Below, piece by piece: positions 28,824 to 41,700 of a stretch of 64,000 bases of DNA (positions are counted from its first letter, which is position 1; the number at the start of each line of letters is the position of its first letter). Both the position numbers and the translations under genes were made by a program. The notes beneath the pieces were generated by a model. That model was not told where the DNA came from. It saw only the letters and a program-made list of their open reading frames with translations, and searched no databases. The stretch comes from an uncultured Alphaproteobacteria bacterium (GTDB lineage: Bacteria; Pseudomonadota; Alphaproteobacteria; Rhizobiales; Rhodomicrobiaceae): positions 12,215-76,214 of the forward strand of contig CAWIAL010000019.1 in assembly GCA_963834165.1 (NCBI GenBank). The letters are read 5' to 3'.

Positions 28824-30443
28824 ATGCTCGATCGCCGAAATTTTCTCAAATTGGTGCTGGCCACCCAGGCGTTCGCTGCACTTCCAACGCTGTCTGCAAA
28901 TGCGGCGGTTGCGAACCTTCGTTTCGGGGAGGCGCAACCATTCTCGGGCGAATGGCTGAAGGCGCATGCGCAGGCCCTCGCGGCAGTGCCTTATGCTCCG
29001 CCCCCGCGTCCCGATCCGCAAATCGTTGCCTCCATCGATTACGATGCTCACGGCAAGCTCAAGTACAAACCCGATTTCGCTCTTTTTGGCGATGGGCACG
29101 AGAGCGCCTTTCCGATCACCTTCATGCACGTCGGGCAATACTTTCCGAAGACCGTCCGCATGTTCGCGGTCGAGCCATCGGCCGAAGGCGGAAGCGCGCG
29201 AGAGATCCTCTACGACGCGGACTACTTTACCATCCCCTCTGACAGCGTGGCCGCGAAACTGCCTGCCAACCCGTCGCGCTTTGCGGGCTTCTGGCTGCGT
29301 GAGCCAAAGGCCGGGACCGAAGATTGGCGCATCGCCGAGCCGTGGGTGACGTTTCTCGGCGCATCCTATTTCCGCGCCAAGGGCGAGTTGGGCCAGGTTG
29401 GTTTGTCGGCGCGCGGGATCGCGCTTACGCCGGGAGGGAGCGCGCCGGAGGAGTTTCCGGACTTCGTGAGCTTCTGGTTCTTGCCTGCGCCACCGTCCGC
29501 TAGAGCCGTCACCGTCTACGCGCTGCTCGATGGTCCGAGCGTCACCGGAGCGTATCGCTTCAACATGGAACGCACCAAGGGCGTGGTGATGGAGATCGAG
29601 AAGACGCTGTTCTTCCGCCAGCCCGTCGAGCGGCTTGGCCTCGCGCCGCTCACCTCGATGTACTGGTATTCCGAAACGGTGAAGCAGGCCGCCATCGATT
29701 GGCGTCCCGAGGTGCACGATTCCGACGGGCTTGCGCTTTGGACCGGCGGCGGCGAGCACATCTGGCGTCCGCTCAACAACGCTGCGCATATCACCGTCTC
29801 AAGCTTTGCGGACGAGCATCCGCGCGGCTACGGCCTTCTGCAGCGGGACCGCGAGTTCGACCATTATCTCGACGGCGTGCGCTACGACCGCCGCCCGTCG
29901 GCCTGGGTCGAGCCGCTGGGCGATTGGGGGAAAGGGTCGGTGCAGCTCGTCGAGATGCCGACCGACGACGAGATCAACGACAACATCATCGCCTACTGGA
30001 ACCCGGAGAAACAGCCCCAGGCGGGCGACCGCATCGATTTGCGGTATCGCTTGCACTGGCTCGCGGATGAACCTTATCCCACGTCGCTCGGCCGCTGCGT
30101 TGCCACGCGTCTCGGGCGCGGCGGCGAGCCGGGTCAGGCCCGTCCGTATGGGGTGCGGAAGTTCACGGTCGAATTCCTTGGCGGCCCGCTGTCAGAGCTT
30201 CCGAACGGCGTCAAGCCCGAACTCGTGATGTGGTGTTCGCGTGGAAAACTATCTTCGCCAATGTCCGAGGCTGTGCCGGACGATGTGCCGGGCCATTGGC
30301 GCGCACACTTCGATCTTGTCGTCGAGGGGCAGGAGCCGGTGGAAATGCGCCTTTACCTCAAAGCGCGCGACAAGGTGCTGACGGAGACCTGGCTCTACCA
30401 GTATCACCCGTTTGCCACCGACGCGCGGCCGGTCGGATACTGA
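28824..30443 (+). CDS. opgD: Periplasmic glucan biosynthesis protein D (Tat signal)
   Basis: MLDRRNFLKLVLATQAFAALP (twin-arginine signal). ~540 aa MdoG/MdoD-family sequence. Confidence 0.8.
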   Translation: MLDRRNFLKLVLATQAFAALPTLSANAAVANLRFGEAQPFSGEWLKAHAQALAAVPYAPPPRPDPQIVASIDYDAHGKLKYKPDFALFGDGHESAFPITFMHVGQYFPKTVRMFAVEPSAEGGSAREILYDADYFTIPSDSVAAKLPANPSRFAGFWLREPKAGTEDWRIAEPWVTFLGASYFRAKGELGQVGLSARGIALTPGGSAPEEFPDFVSFWFLPAPPSARAVTVYALLDGPSVTGAYRFNMERTKGVVMEIEKTLFFRQPVERLGLAPLTSMYWYSETVKQAAIDWRPEVHDSDGLALWTGGGEHIWRPLNNAAHITVSSFADEHPRGYGLLQRDREFDHYLDGVRYDRRPSAWVEPLGDWGKGSVQLVEMPTDDEINDNIIAYWNPEKQPQAGDRIDLRYRLHWLADEPYPTSLGRCVATRLGRGGEPGQARPYGVRKFTVEFLGGPLSELPNGVKPELVMWCSRGKLSSPMSEAVPDDVPGHWRAHFDLVVEGQEPVEMRLYLKARDKVLTETWLYQYHPFATDARPVGY

Positions 30444-30748
30444 GGTTTCGGCGCGGGCCGGCTTGCGCGGCGGACGCTTAATTATACGCGGAGCACATCC
30501 CTCCGCCGTTACCGCGGACAAGCACGTGAAATTCGGACGGTTGGCCTTGCGCCCCTGCGTTATCGGCCCGGGCTCCGCATGGTCGCGGTCTCGCCTGTAG
30601 CAGCTTGTGCGTTTCCGCCGGGAAACGGAATGACGGAACAAGGGTTTGAGGGGTTGGTTCTGCCCCATGAGCGGCGCCGAAGCCTGTTGGCACGGAGGGA
30701 GCCGGCCCCCCCAATCCCCAAAAAGTTCCGTATTCCAAAGAGGCAGAA

Positions 30749-32902
<2,154 letters not shown>

Positions 32903-32977
32903 TGGCACTGCTGGCGAGCGGGGCGGAAGAATCCGCTCCGCGGCCGTCCCCAGCTTCCGGGCGGGAAGAAGCTCGCG

Positions 32978-33006
32978 TTGACAGCGGGGGCGCGTCTGCT
33001 TATTTC
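32978..33006 (+). promoter_or_regulatory. Possible sigma70-type promoter upstream of secA
   Basis: TTGACA (32978-32983), 17-nt spacer, TATTTC (33001-33006), ~150 nt upstream of the secA ATG. Motif match only. Confidence 0.25.
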
Positions 33007-33157
33007 TGCTGCCATGGAGGAGAAGGACGCTTCCCTCTCGGTCATTTCGAAAAAAGCCCCTAGGAAAAGCCACCGCCGGGAAGAAAAGGCGCTCTGGCAG
33101 CGGTCCGTTAATTTTTGGGCTGCACTTTTCTCAGCGAGGCAGTGAGGCTCGGCTATT

Positions 33158-36086
33158 ATGGTTTCTCTTGGCGCGATCGCAACCAAGATCTTCGGCAGTT
33201 CCAACGACAGACGCTTGAAGAGTTATAATTCGAGAGTTGCGCCAATCAACGCGCTCGAGCCCAAGTTCGCGGCTTTGTCCGATGAGCAGTTGCGCGCCAA
33301 GACCGTCGAGTTCCGCGAGCGGCTAGCCAATGGCGAGAGTGTCGACGATCTCCTGCCGGAAGCTTTCGCCACGGTGAGGGAGGGCGCAAAGCGCACCCTT
33401 GGCCAGCGGCATTTCGACGTTCAGCTCGTCGGCGGCATGGTGCTTCACCAGGGCAAGATCGCCGAGATGAAGACCGGCGAAGGCAAAACGCTCGTCGCCA
33501 CCCTTGCTGCCTATCTGAATGCGCTGCCCGGCCGGGGCGTCCACATCGTCACGGTGAACGATTACCTTGCCAAGCGCGACTCCGAATGGATGGGCGAGAT
33601 CTACAAGTTCCTTGGCCTCACCGTCGGCTGCATCGTGCATGAGCTTGACGACGACGAGCGCCGCCGGGCCTATGCCTGCGATATTACCTACGGCACGAAC
33701 AACGAGTTCGGCTTCGATTATCTTCGCGATAACATGAAGTATTCCATCAACGAGATGGTGCAATTCGGCGGCCGCCCGACGGAGCTGCAGGGCCACGCCT
33801 ATGCGATCGTCGACGAGGTGGACTTCGATCCTGATCGACGAGGCGCGTACGCCGCTCATCATCTCCGGCGCCATCGAGGACAAGGCCAGTCTTTACAAAG
33901 CCATCGACGCGTTCATCCCTCGCCTTGCCAAGGAGCATTTCGAGCTCGACGAGAAGATGCGCACCGTCGTTCTGACGGAAGAGGGCAATCAGCGTATCGA
34001 AGAAATGCTTCAGGAAGCCGAGTTCGTGAAGCCCGACACGTCGCTCTACGACGTCGAGAACGTGTCGATCGTTCACCATGTGAACCAGGCGCTTCGCGCC
34101 CATAAGCTCTTTCTGAAGGATCGCGATTATATCGTGCGAAAGGGCCAGGTGGTCATCGTCGACGAGTTCACGGGCCGTATGATGGAAGGCCGGCGCTACT
34201 CCGAAGGGCTGCACCAGGCGCTCGAAGCCAAGGAATCGGTCGAGGTCCAGCCGGAGAACCAGACGCTCGCCTCGATCACCTTCCAAAACTACTTCCGTCT
34301 GTACGAGAAGTTGGCCGGCATGACCGGCACGGCGCTGACGGAAGCCTCCGAGTTTGCCGATATCTATAAGCTAGAAGTCCTCGAAGTCCCGACGAACCGC
34401 CCGATGATTCGCATCGACAGCGATGACGAGGTCTACCGGACGGCGCAGGAAAAACTGAAAGCGATCATCAATGTGATCGGCGATTGCAGCACCAGGGGCC
34501 AGCCCATTCTCGTCGGTACAGTCTCAATCGAAAAATCCGAGACGCTCTCGGAAATGCTGAAGCCGTACAAAATCCCGCATCAGGTGCTGAACGCGCGCTT
34601 CCACGAGCAGGAGGCGCATATCATCGCGCAAGCCGGTGTGCCGGGCGCCGTGACCATCGCGACCAACATGGCTGGGCGCGGCACGGACATTCAGCTTGGC
34701 GGCAACGCATCGATGCGGCTTTCCGACTGGATTGCCGAGCGTGAAGCTGCGGGCCAGGCGCCGGCGCCGGAGGAGATCGAGGCGGAGCGCGCAAAAATCA
34801 ACGCCGACGTCGAGGAGAAGAAGGAGAGAGCCCTCAAGGCGGGCGGCCTCTACGTTCTCGGCACCGAGCGGCACGAAAGCCGCCGCATCGACAATCAGCT
34901 TCGCGGCCGTTCGGGCCGTCAGGGCGACCCCGGCGCTTCGAAATTCTATCTCTCGCTCGAAGACGACTTGATGCGGATCTTCGGCGCGGAACGCATGGAC
35001 TACATGCTGCGCAAGCTGGGCATCAAGGAAGGCGAAGCGATCGCGCATCCCTGGATCAACAAGGCGCTCGCGAACGCGCAGAAGAAGGTCGAAGCGCGCA
35101 ACTTCGACATGCGCAAGAACGTGCTGAAGTTCGACGACGTGATGAACGATCAGCGCAAGGTCGTCTTCGAACAGCGCATCGATCTCATGCAGGACGATGC
35201 GCTTGAGGATACCGTTGCCGACATGCGCCGCGAAGTCGTCCAGGAGCTTGTAACCGCGCACATCCCCGCGAAGGCCTTTGCCGAGCAGTGGGATGTGAAG
35301 GGGCTCCGCGAGGAGTTCAAGTCGATCTTCGACGTCGATGCCCCGGTTGAGGATTGGGCGGCCGAGGAAGGCATCGCGGACGAGGAAATCGAGGAGCGGT
35401 TGCAGGAACTTGCCGATAAGGCGGCAGCCCGCAAGGCGTCCGAAATCGGCCCTGAAAACATGCGGCAAATCGAGAAAGCCATTCTCCTGCAAACGCTCGA
35501 CCACCTCTGGCGCGAGCATCTCGTGAGCCTGGAGCATCTGCGTCAGGCGGTCGGCTTGCGCGGCTACGCCCAGCGAGATCCGCTTCACGAGTATAAGAGC
35601 GAGGCCTTCCAGCTGTTCGACCACATGCTCGGACGCTTGCGCCGCGAGGTGACCGGCCAGCTCATGCACGTGGTTCTTGCGCAGCAGGCGCAGGAGGAGT
35701 TCGCTGAGCTGGGCGATTTGCCGGACATGCAAGCGCACCATTTCGATCCATTGACAGGCGAGGACGAGTTACTGTCTGAGGAGGCTCAACCCGCTCCGAT
35801 GTCGAGACAAGAGCGCCGCGCCGCCGCGAAGCAAGGAAATGGCGCGCCGCCGCCCGCGTCCCCGGCCCGCAAGGCTGGGAGCGCCGCAGGCGGACGCCCG
35901 GCAAAAGACGGCAAGGGTCAGCAGGCTCGCGGGCGTGGTGGCCGGGGCGGTCCTGCCGCCGCTGCCGTCGATCCGAACAATCCCGAAAGCTGGGGCAAGG
36001 TCGCTCGCAACGCGCTGTGCCCTTGCGGCTCCGGCAAGAAGTTCAAGCACTGCCACGGAGCCATCGCCTCCGCCGCAGCGGAGTAG
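33158..36086 (+). CDS. secA: Preprotein translocase ATPase SecA, reading frame interrupted by a 1-nt insertion at 33824/33825
   Basis: Frame 2 reads ..[21 protein letters not shown]. The universally conserved continuation [15 protein letters not shown] is in frame 0. C-terminal zinc motif [14 protein letters not shown]. Confidence 0.9.
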
Positions 36087-36114
36087 GCCGGCCGCAAGGG
36101 GCAATATGATGTGG

Positions 36115-36138
36115 ATGGCCGGGACAAAGCCCGGCCAT
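36115..36138. repeat. Palindromic hairpin element downstream of secA (possible terminator)
   Basis: atggccggg-acaaag-cccggccat. A near-identical copy lies at 51027-51050. Only a weak T tract follows. Confidence 0.5.
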
Positions 36139-36222
36139 GACGATTTCTAGCGCATCGTGCATCAGACCGGAAGGGCTAAGCCCTTGCCTTGTTACGGATC
36201 GCCACGGCGGCACAAGCCGCCG

Positions 36223-37416
36223 CTAGCGCGACCGCAGGCGGGCTATCAACTCGGGGCTCGGATAGGAGTTGGCGGGCAGGCCAAGCTTCTCCTGCACTTT
36301 CTTGATGCTGGCGCGCGTCGCCAGACCGAGCTTTCCGTCGACCTCTCCGACATCGTAGCCCTTTGCCCGAAGCAGGGTTTGCAGCTCTTTTGTCTGCTCA
36401 TACCCGAACGGCACCACACCGCGCCCTCTCGACATCGCAGGCGCGCCGGCGATCCGCGTCGCCAGATACGCAACCGTAGTCGAATAGACGAGCGACTGGT
36501 TCCACTCCAGATAGACCTTGAAGTTATTGAATGCGAGGAAAGCCGGACCATTCCGCCCCATCGGCAGGAGGAGCGAAGCAGGAAGATCGTCGCGAACGCC
36601 GCCGCCTTCAAGCAGCCTGACGCCCATGCGCGCCCATTCGCCGACGCTATGCTGGATGTTGAGGTCGGCTTGCCCCCAGTCCATGCTTTCGGGCACATGA
36701 ACTTCCTTCACCCAAGGCTCTCCACGCCGCCAGCCGAGGGCGTGCAGGTAATTCGCCGAAGACAAAAGCACATCCGGCACACTGTGAATGAGGTCGGCCT
36801 TGCCGTCGCCATCGCCGTCGATCCCGTATTTATAGTAGATCGAGGGGACGAATTGCGTTTGGCCCATTTCCCCGGCCCAAGGACCGCGCATCTCATCGGG
36901 CCTGAGATCGCCGCGCTCGACGATGCGGAGCGCATCCAGAAGCTCGGCGCGAAACTTTTCCGGCCTGCGGCAGTCGTAGGCAAGCGTCGCGAGCGAGCGC
37001 AGCGTTGAAAGGCTGCCGTTGTTCGAGCCGAAATCCGTTTCCAGCGCCCAATAGGCGACGATCACCGGCGCAGGCACGCCAAACCGCTGGTCGATCTTGT
37101 CGAACACAGGCTTGTATTTTGCGATCAGCGCCCGGCCTTTCTCGATGCGATATTTGGCGGCCATGCGGTCCGAGAATTCGAGAAAGGTCTGCGAGAAGAC
37201 CTTCTGCCCCCGGTCGCTGTTGACGACGCCTTGGTCGAAGGTCACGCCATCGAGCGCGGAGAGGGCCCGAGCGGAAATGCCCTTGGCCCGCGCTTCCGAC
37301 CGGAAGTCGGAAAGCCATCGCTCAAAGCTGCCAGAGTTCGTGCAGGCGGAGCCCTCGCCAGCCGAAACGGCGAGCACGAGGCTGACGAATAGTGCGCGAG
37401 ACAAAGGTCTTCTCAT
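36223..37416 (-). CDS. Lytic murein transglycosylase (MltB/SLT_2-like) with C-terminal peptidoglycan-binding domain
   Basis: Signal peptide; ..VIVAYWALETDFG..GEMGQTQF.PS.Y..; C-terminal ..LQTLLRAKGYDVGEVDGKLGLATRASIKKVQ.. Confidence 0.85.
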   Translation of the reverse strand: MRRPLSRALFVSLVLAVSAGEGSACTNSGSFERWLSDFRSEARAKGISARALSALDGVTFDQGVVNSDRGQKVFSQTFLEFSDRMAAKYRIEKGRALIAKYKPVFDKIDQRFGVPAPVIVAYWALETDFGSNNGSLSTLRSLATLAYDCRRPEKFRAELLDALRIVERGDLRPDEMRGPWAGEMGQTQFVPSIYYKYGIDGDGDGKADLIHSVPDVLLSSANYLHALGWRRGEPWVKEVHVPESMDWGQADLNIQHSVGEWARMGVRLLEGGGVRDDLPASLLLPMGRNGPAFLAFNNFKVYLEWNQSLVYSTTVAYLATRIAGAPAMSRGRGVVPFGYEQTKELQTLLRAKGYDVGEVDGKLGLATRASIKKVQEKLGLPANSYPSPELIARLRSR

Positions 37417-37506
37417 GACTGGCTCCAGTCGATTTATTCAGGGAATCACGGGGTATGAGGGGATCCCGCTCGAAAATAGGGCGAAATCAAGACATTCCCA
37501 TCGCGG

Positions 37507-38343
37507 TCAGGCGGCGAGGCGCTTGTGTATGGAAAGATCGAGGATCGCCGGCCGCAATCCGGTAAGGGGGTTATCGGGGTCCCACTTCAGGGCGATGGTC
37601 TGGAACCGCGCTGCGAGCGCATCGTAGATCAGGAGCTTGCCGGCGAGCGTATCATCCAGCTCAAGGATGACCTTGATCACCTCAACGGCTTGCAGCGTGC
37701 CGAGGACGCCCGCGACGGGCCCCAGCACGCCCGCCTCCTCGCAGTTTGCCACCGTCCCCGGCGGCGGTGGCTCGGGGAACAGGCAGCGATAATTCGGCAG
37801 GGGCTGGCCCGCCTCATCCTTTTCGTAGGCGCGAAAGGTGGAGAGATACCCATCAAGCTGGCCGAGGGCCGCAAACACGAGCGGCTTACGGGCGAAAAAG
37901 CAAGCGTCGTTGACGAGATAGCGGGTGCTGAAATTGTCCGAACCATCCGCCACGATGTCGTACTGCGAGATGATGGAAAGGGCGTTCTCGGCCGTGAGCC
38001 GGTAAGGCATCGCCTCGACCTGGACATGCGGATTGAGGCTTTGGCAAAGGGCCGCCGCTCGCTCGGCTTTGAGCGCGCCCACGTCGGCCGTCCTGAACGC
38101 GACCTGCCGCTGGAGATTGTCGACCGAAACCCGGTCGTCGTCGATGATGCCGATCTTCCCCACGCCCGCCGCGGCAAGGTACATGATCACCGGAGAACCA
38201 AGCCCGCCCGCGCCGACAACCAGCACACGCGCGGCCTTCAGCCGCTGCTGGCCCTGGCCGCCAATTTCTTTCACGAGAAGGTGCCGCTTATACCGCGCAA
38301 TCTCTTCCGGGGAGAGTACTGGCTGCTTATCGGTCTCGTCCAT
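37507..38343 (-). CDS. HesA/MoeB/ThiF-family adenylyltransferase
   Basis: ..RYKRHLLVKEIGGQGQQRLKAARVLVVGAGGLGSP..DDD.V..NLQRQ.. Confidence 0.8.
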   Translation of the reverse strand: MDETDKQPVLSPEEIARYKRHLLVKEIGGQGQQRLKAARVLVVGAGGLGSPVIMYLAAAGVGKIGIIDDDRVSVDNLQRQVAFRTADVGALKAERAAALCQSLNPHVQVEAMPYRLTAENALSIISQYDIVADGSDNFSTRYLVNDACFFARKPLVFAALGQLDGYLSTFRAYEKDEAGQPLPNYRCLFPEPPPPGTVANCEEAGVLGPVAGVLGTLQAVEVIKVILELDDTLAGKLLIYDALAARFQTIALKWDPDNPLTGLRPAILDLSIHKRLAA

Positions 38344-38371
38344 GCAGCGTCCTTATCTTTCAGACCCTCAA

Positions 38372-38719
38372 TTTAAGAGGAGATGCCGCTTAGGGAAGCG
38401 AAAAGCGCGAATTCGCTTGCTTCATGGCTCATTGGCGCAGCGCGCCGGAAGCGGACGAACAGACGATCACGCGACGGGCCAGATCGAGACATCGCGTCTT
38501 AAACAGCGCAGTCGCAGCGCCGATCATAAAACAGGCAATCGCAGCGCGCCGCAATGGCACTTTTGGCGTCGCATCCGCCGCACCTCATGAGCGCAATGGC
38601 CGAAGCGACACCCTGCGCCGGGCCAACAACCTCAAAGCCGGCCTCCCTCAGAACATTCGCCAACCTCAAGCGCCACGAGCGCTTCGTGCCTCAACGACGA
38701 GAATGCGCCGACCCCGCAC
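38372..38719 (-). pseudogene. Single-domain response-regulator (receiver) gene remnant, readable only across three frames
   Basis: GTG at 38719 overlaps the kinase 3' end by 29 nt. Reading is RRILVVE, then (skip 38688) DEALVALEVG, then (skip 38656/38657) DVLREAGFEVVGPAQGVASAIALM. The later part is less clear (a possible ..VIVCSSASG.. in yet another frame). The 3' boundary is approximate. Confidence 0.5.
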
Positions 38720-41700
38720 TTGAGCGCACGCAGCCTTCGACGGGCCTTGGGCTTTTCCCGATGGCGGCGGAGCAGCTTCCTTCCAAGACGTTATCGCTCG
38801 CGCATTGGAGCCGCCAGATGAGGCCATGCACCGCAAAGTCGAGTTCAATATTGGCGTCGAGGTTCATTATGGCCATGCGGGAAATGACGGTCGAGCCGAA
38901 GCCTGTTTGCGTAGGCTTCATCACGGGCGGGCCGCCGCTCTCGCGCCAACAAATCGAGAAGCGCTCCTCGCCGCCTTCGGCTCCCTCCAAAACCCAGCCA
39001 ACCTCGACGCGGCCGGAGGCGTTTGAGAGCGCGCCATATTTGCCTGCGTTGGTCGCAAGTTCATGCAAAGCCATGCCTATGGTCTGGGCGGCGGACGCCG
39101 AAATGAAGAGGAGAGGGCCGTGGAGTGCGATCCGGCCCCCGATCAGATCGCTGAAATGCGCGAGCTGGGTGTGGATGAGTTCGTGAAGGTCTACGCCTTT
39201 CCACTCGGCCTTGACGAGAAGGTCTTGGCTGGCGGCAAGAGCGCGCACCCGCTCTCCGAAGCGTTCGGCGAAATCCTCTGGAGCCGACGCAACCGTCTGC
39301 CGTGCGATTGCCTGGACGAGTGCGAGTATGTTCTTGGCGCGATGGTTTACCTCGCGCAGCAGAAGACTGACTTGCTCCTCCTGACGCTTGCGCTCGGATA
39401 TATCGGTCACAAGCGCGATCAATCGGGTAGGTGCGCCGCTGGCGTCGCGCAGAAGGGAGACGTGCTTATTCACCCATATCGGTTTGCCATCCTTGGCCAC
39501 ATACCGATTGACGATCTCGAACCAAGGTATCTCTTGCGCGACAAGCCGGCGAAGCGCCATCAAATTTGCCTCCCGATCCTCCGGATGCACGAGGTCAGGG
39601 AAGTTAGCCGCCCGAAGCTCCTCCTCAGTGTAGCCCAGCATGGCGGCATAAGCCGGATTGCAGGACTGGAACCGGTATTCCAGGTCCGTAATGGAGATGC
39701 CGGTAGCAGCATGCTCAAAGATCCCCCGGAACCGCTCCTCGCTCTCGCGAAGCGCCTCTTCGGCCCGTTTGCGCTCAGTGATGTCAGTCTGCACGCCGTC
39801 CCAAATCACGCTGCCGTCTTCCGTCCGATGCGGGCGCGACTGCAATCGCATCCAGCGCACCTCGCCATCGGGACGGCGCATCGGGATTTCCATCTCGAAG
39901 TCCGACAGCTCGATAGCGCTGAGCCGTTCCTTTTCGATGAGCTTCGATAAGTAGTCGGGGAGGATCTGACGGTGAAGCATGCCGGCGTCGCGCAGCACCG
40001 CCTCAACACTCACGCCATTCAGGTGCTCGATCCCGGCGCTGATATAGTGGAAGCGAACCGCACCACCCGCTTCGTGACCATACCTATAGACGGCACCGTC
40101 CGGGAGGCTGTCGCCGAGATGGCGCAGCCGCTCCTCGCTGTCGCGCAGAGCGTCAAAGGCGTGCTTCCGATCGGTGATGTCGACGAAGGCGCCGACGGCT
40201 CCGCGTACCTCTCCCCCGTCGTCGAGAAGGGGCAAGGCATTCCCAAGGAAATGCTTGCAGTCGCCATCCACAAAGTGGAGCTCGAATTCCGCTGCTTTGA
40301 TCATGCTCTTCGTAGCGGCGGCGCGCTGCAAGGGAAGCTCACCGCTCGGAAGGACGCGTCCTTCCGACCGTACCTCGAAATGCTGAGGCGCCTCGCCGGC
40401 TGGCGCGGACTTAGAGGCATTGGCATGCGCGGGAAGACGTAAGAGTTCCTGGCCGGCTCGGTTGAGGCTCATGCGCGTGCAGGCCGGGTCCTCGGCAATG
40501 AAGACCGCCGCCGGGATTGCTTCCAGGATGGCTTCAAGTTCGCGGCGTCTCTGCCGCTCCTGTTTCTCGCTCTCGCGCAGAGCCTCCTCGGCCCGCTTGC
40601 GCTCGGAGACGTCTATGAAGGCCGCGACCCCGCCGACTGTGTTTCCATCTGCATCACGCAAGGGAATGGCATTTCCATAAAGGCTCCGGCTTTCGCCGTC
40701 CGGAAACCGCCATTCAAACTCATAGTCCATTACCTCCTCCCCGAGCGCGGCCCTTTGCATGGGAAGCTCATGATTTGGAACAGGCAAACCGTGCTTGTCG
40801 AAAACTTCGAAGCGAAGGATGCTGCTATCCGCAGCGGACTTTGAAGCATTGGATCCATCGGGTATACGCATCCACGCATTACCTAACCGGTTCCCCTGCA
40901 TGGTCCGGCAAGATGGATCGCGGGTGATCCAGATGCCGGCCGGTACTGAATCAAACACAGCTTGTAATTCCGCTTCCGTGGCAGTAGCAGCCTCAAGGAG
41001 ACGGGATTTGGCCTCATTTGCCAAGCCCAACTCCGCCGTCCGTTCGACGACCATCCGCTCGAGTTCGGCGCGGCGTTCCGCTTCAACCAGCCGCAATCGC
41101 CATTGGGCTTTCTGCAACAGTCCGACGATCCAAGAAATCAGAAGGCAATTGATAACAAAAATGGCCAGAGCCATCCAATCCATCGGATTCGCCATTATGA
41201 AAGAGCCAACTGGCTCCATCCAGTAATAATCGGCGAGCGCTGCAGCGAGGAGCGTCGCCAGAGTTCCCGCGCGAAGGCCGCCGTAGAGCGCGGCCAAAAC
41301 CACGGCCGGATAAAGAGTTATGAAGGTAAAGTGCGCTCCAAGCGGCTGCAGAAACACCAGACGAAAGACGGCTGCGATGAGAACAATGGCAATGGCGACC
41401 GAATAGCGGTGCGGCGCCTTTTCCGGCAAGGCCGCCGTAACCAAGAATGGGGCTTCAGTATCGCGGAATGCGACATAGGCAGCGACGAGCATATAGCCGC
41501 CGCCGAGATATTGTGCTGCGCGGCTGACCCAGCCCAGCACACCGCCGACGATGGTTTGCAGCATTATACCGGCGTACCCGATGACAAGCAGCAGCAACGC
41601 GAGGACAAACCAATCGAGAAACGATGAGCGACGAAGCTTCGCTCCTCCCCGCAACAACAGGAGCGTTTGCAGGATTGCGAAGATGGTCGAACCAAGAACG

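Noticed and set aside
33815-33835. Programmed ribosomal frameshifting as an explanation for the secA, yfhM, rsmB and ROK frame changes.
   Set aside because: None of the sites has a slippery heptamer or a downstream stimulatory structure. Each is repaired by removing one duplicated base, and these gene families are not known to use recoding.
34524-35741. 405-aa minus-strand ORF inside secA.
   Set aside because: It is a shadow ORF. The secA frame on the plus strand explains the region.
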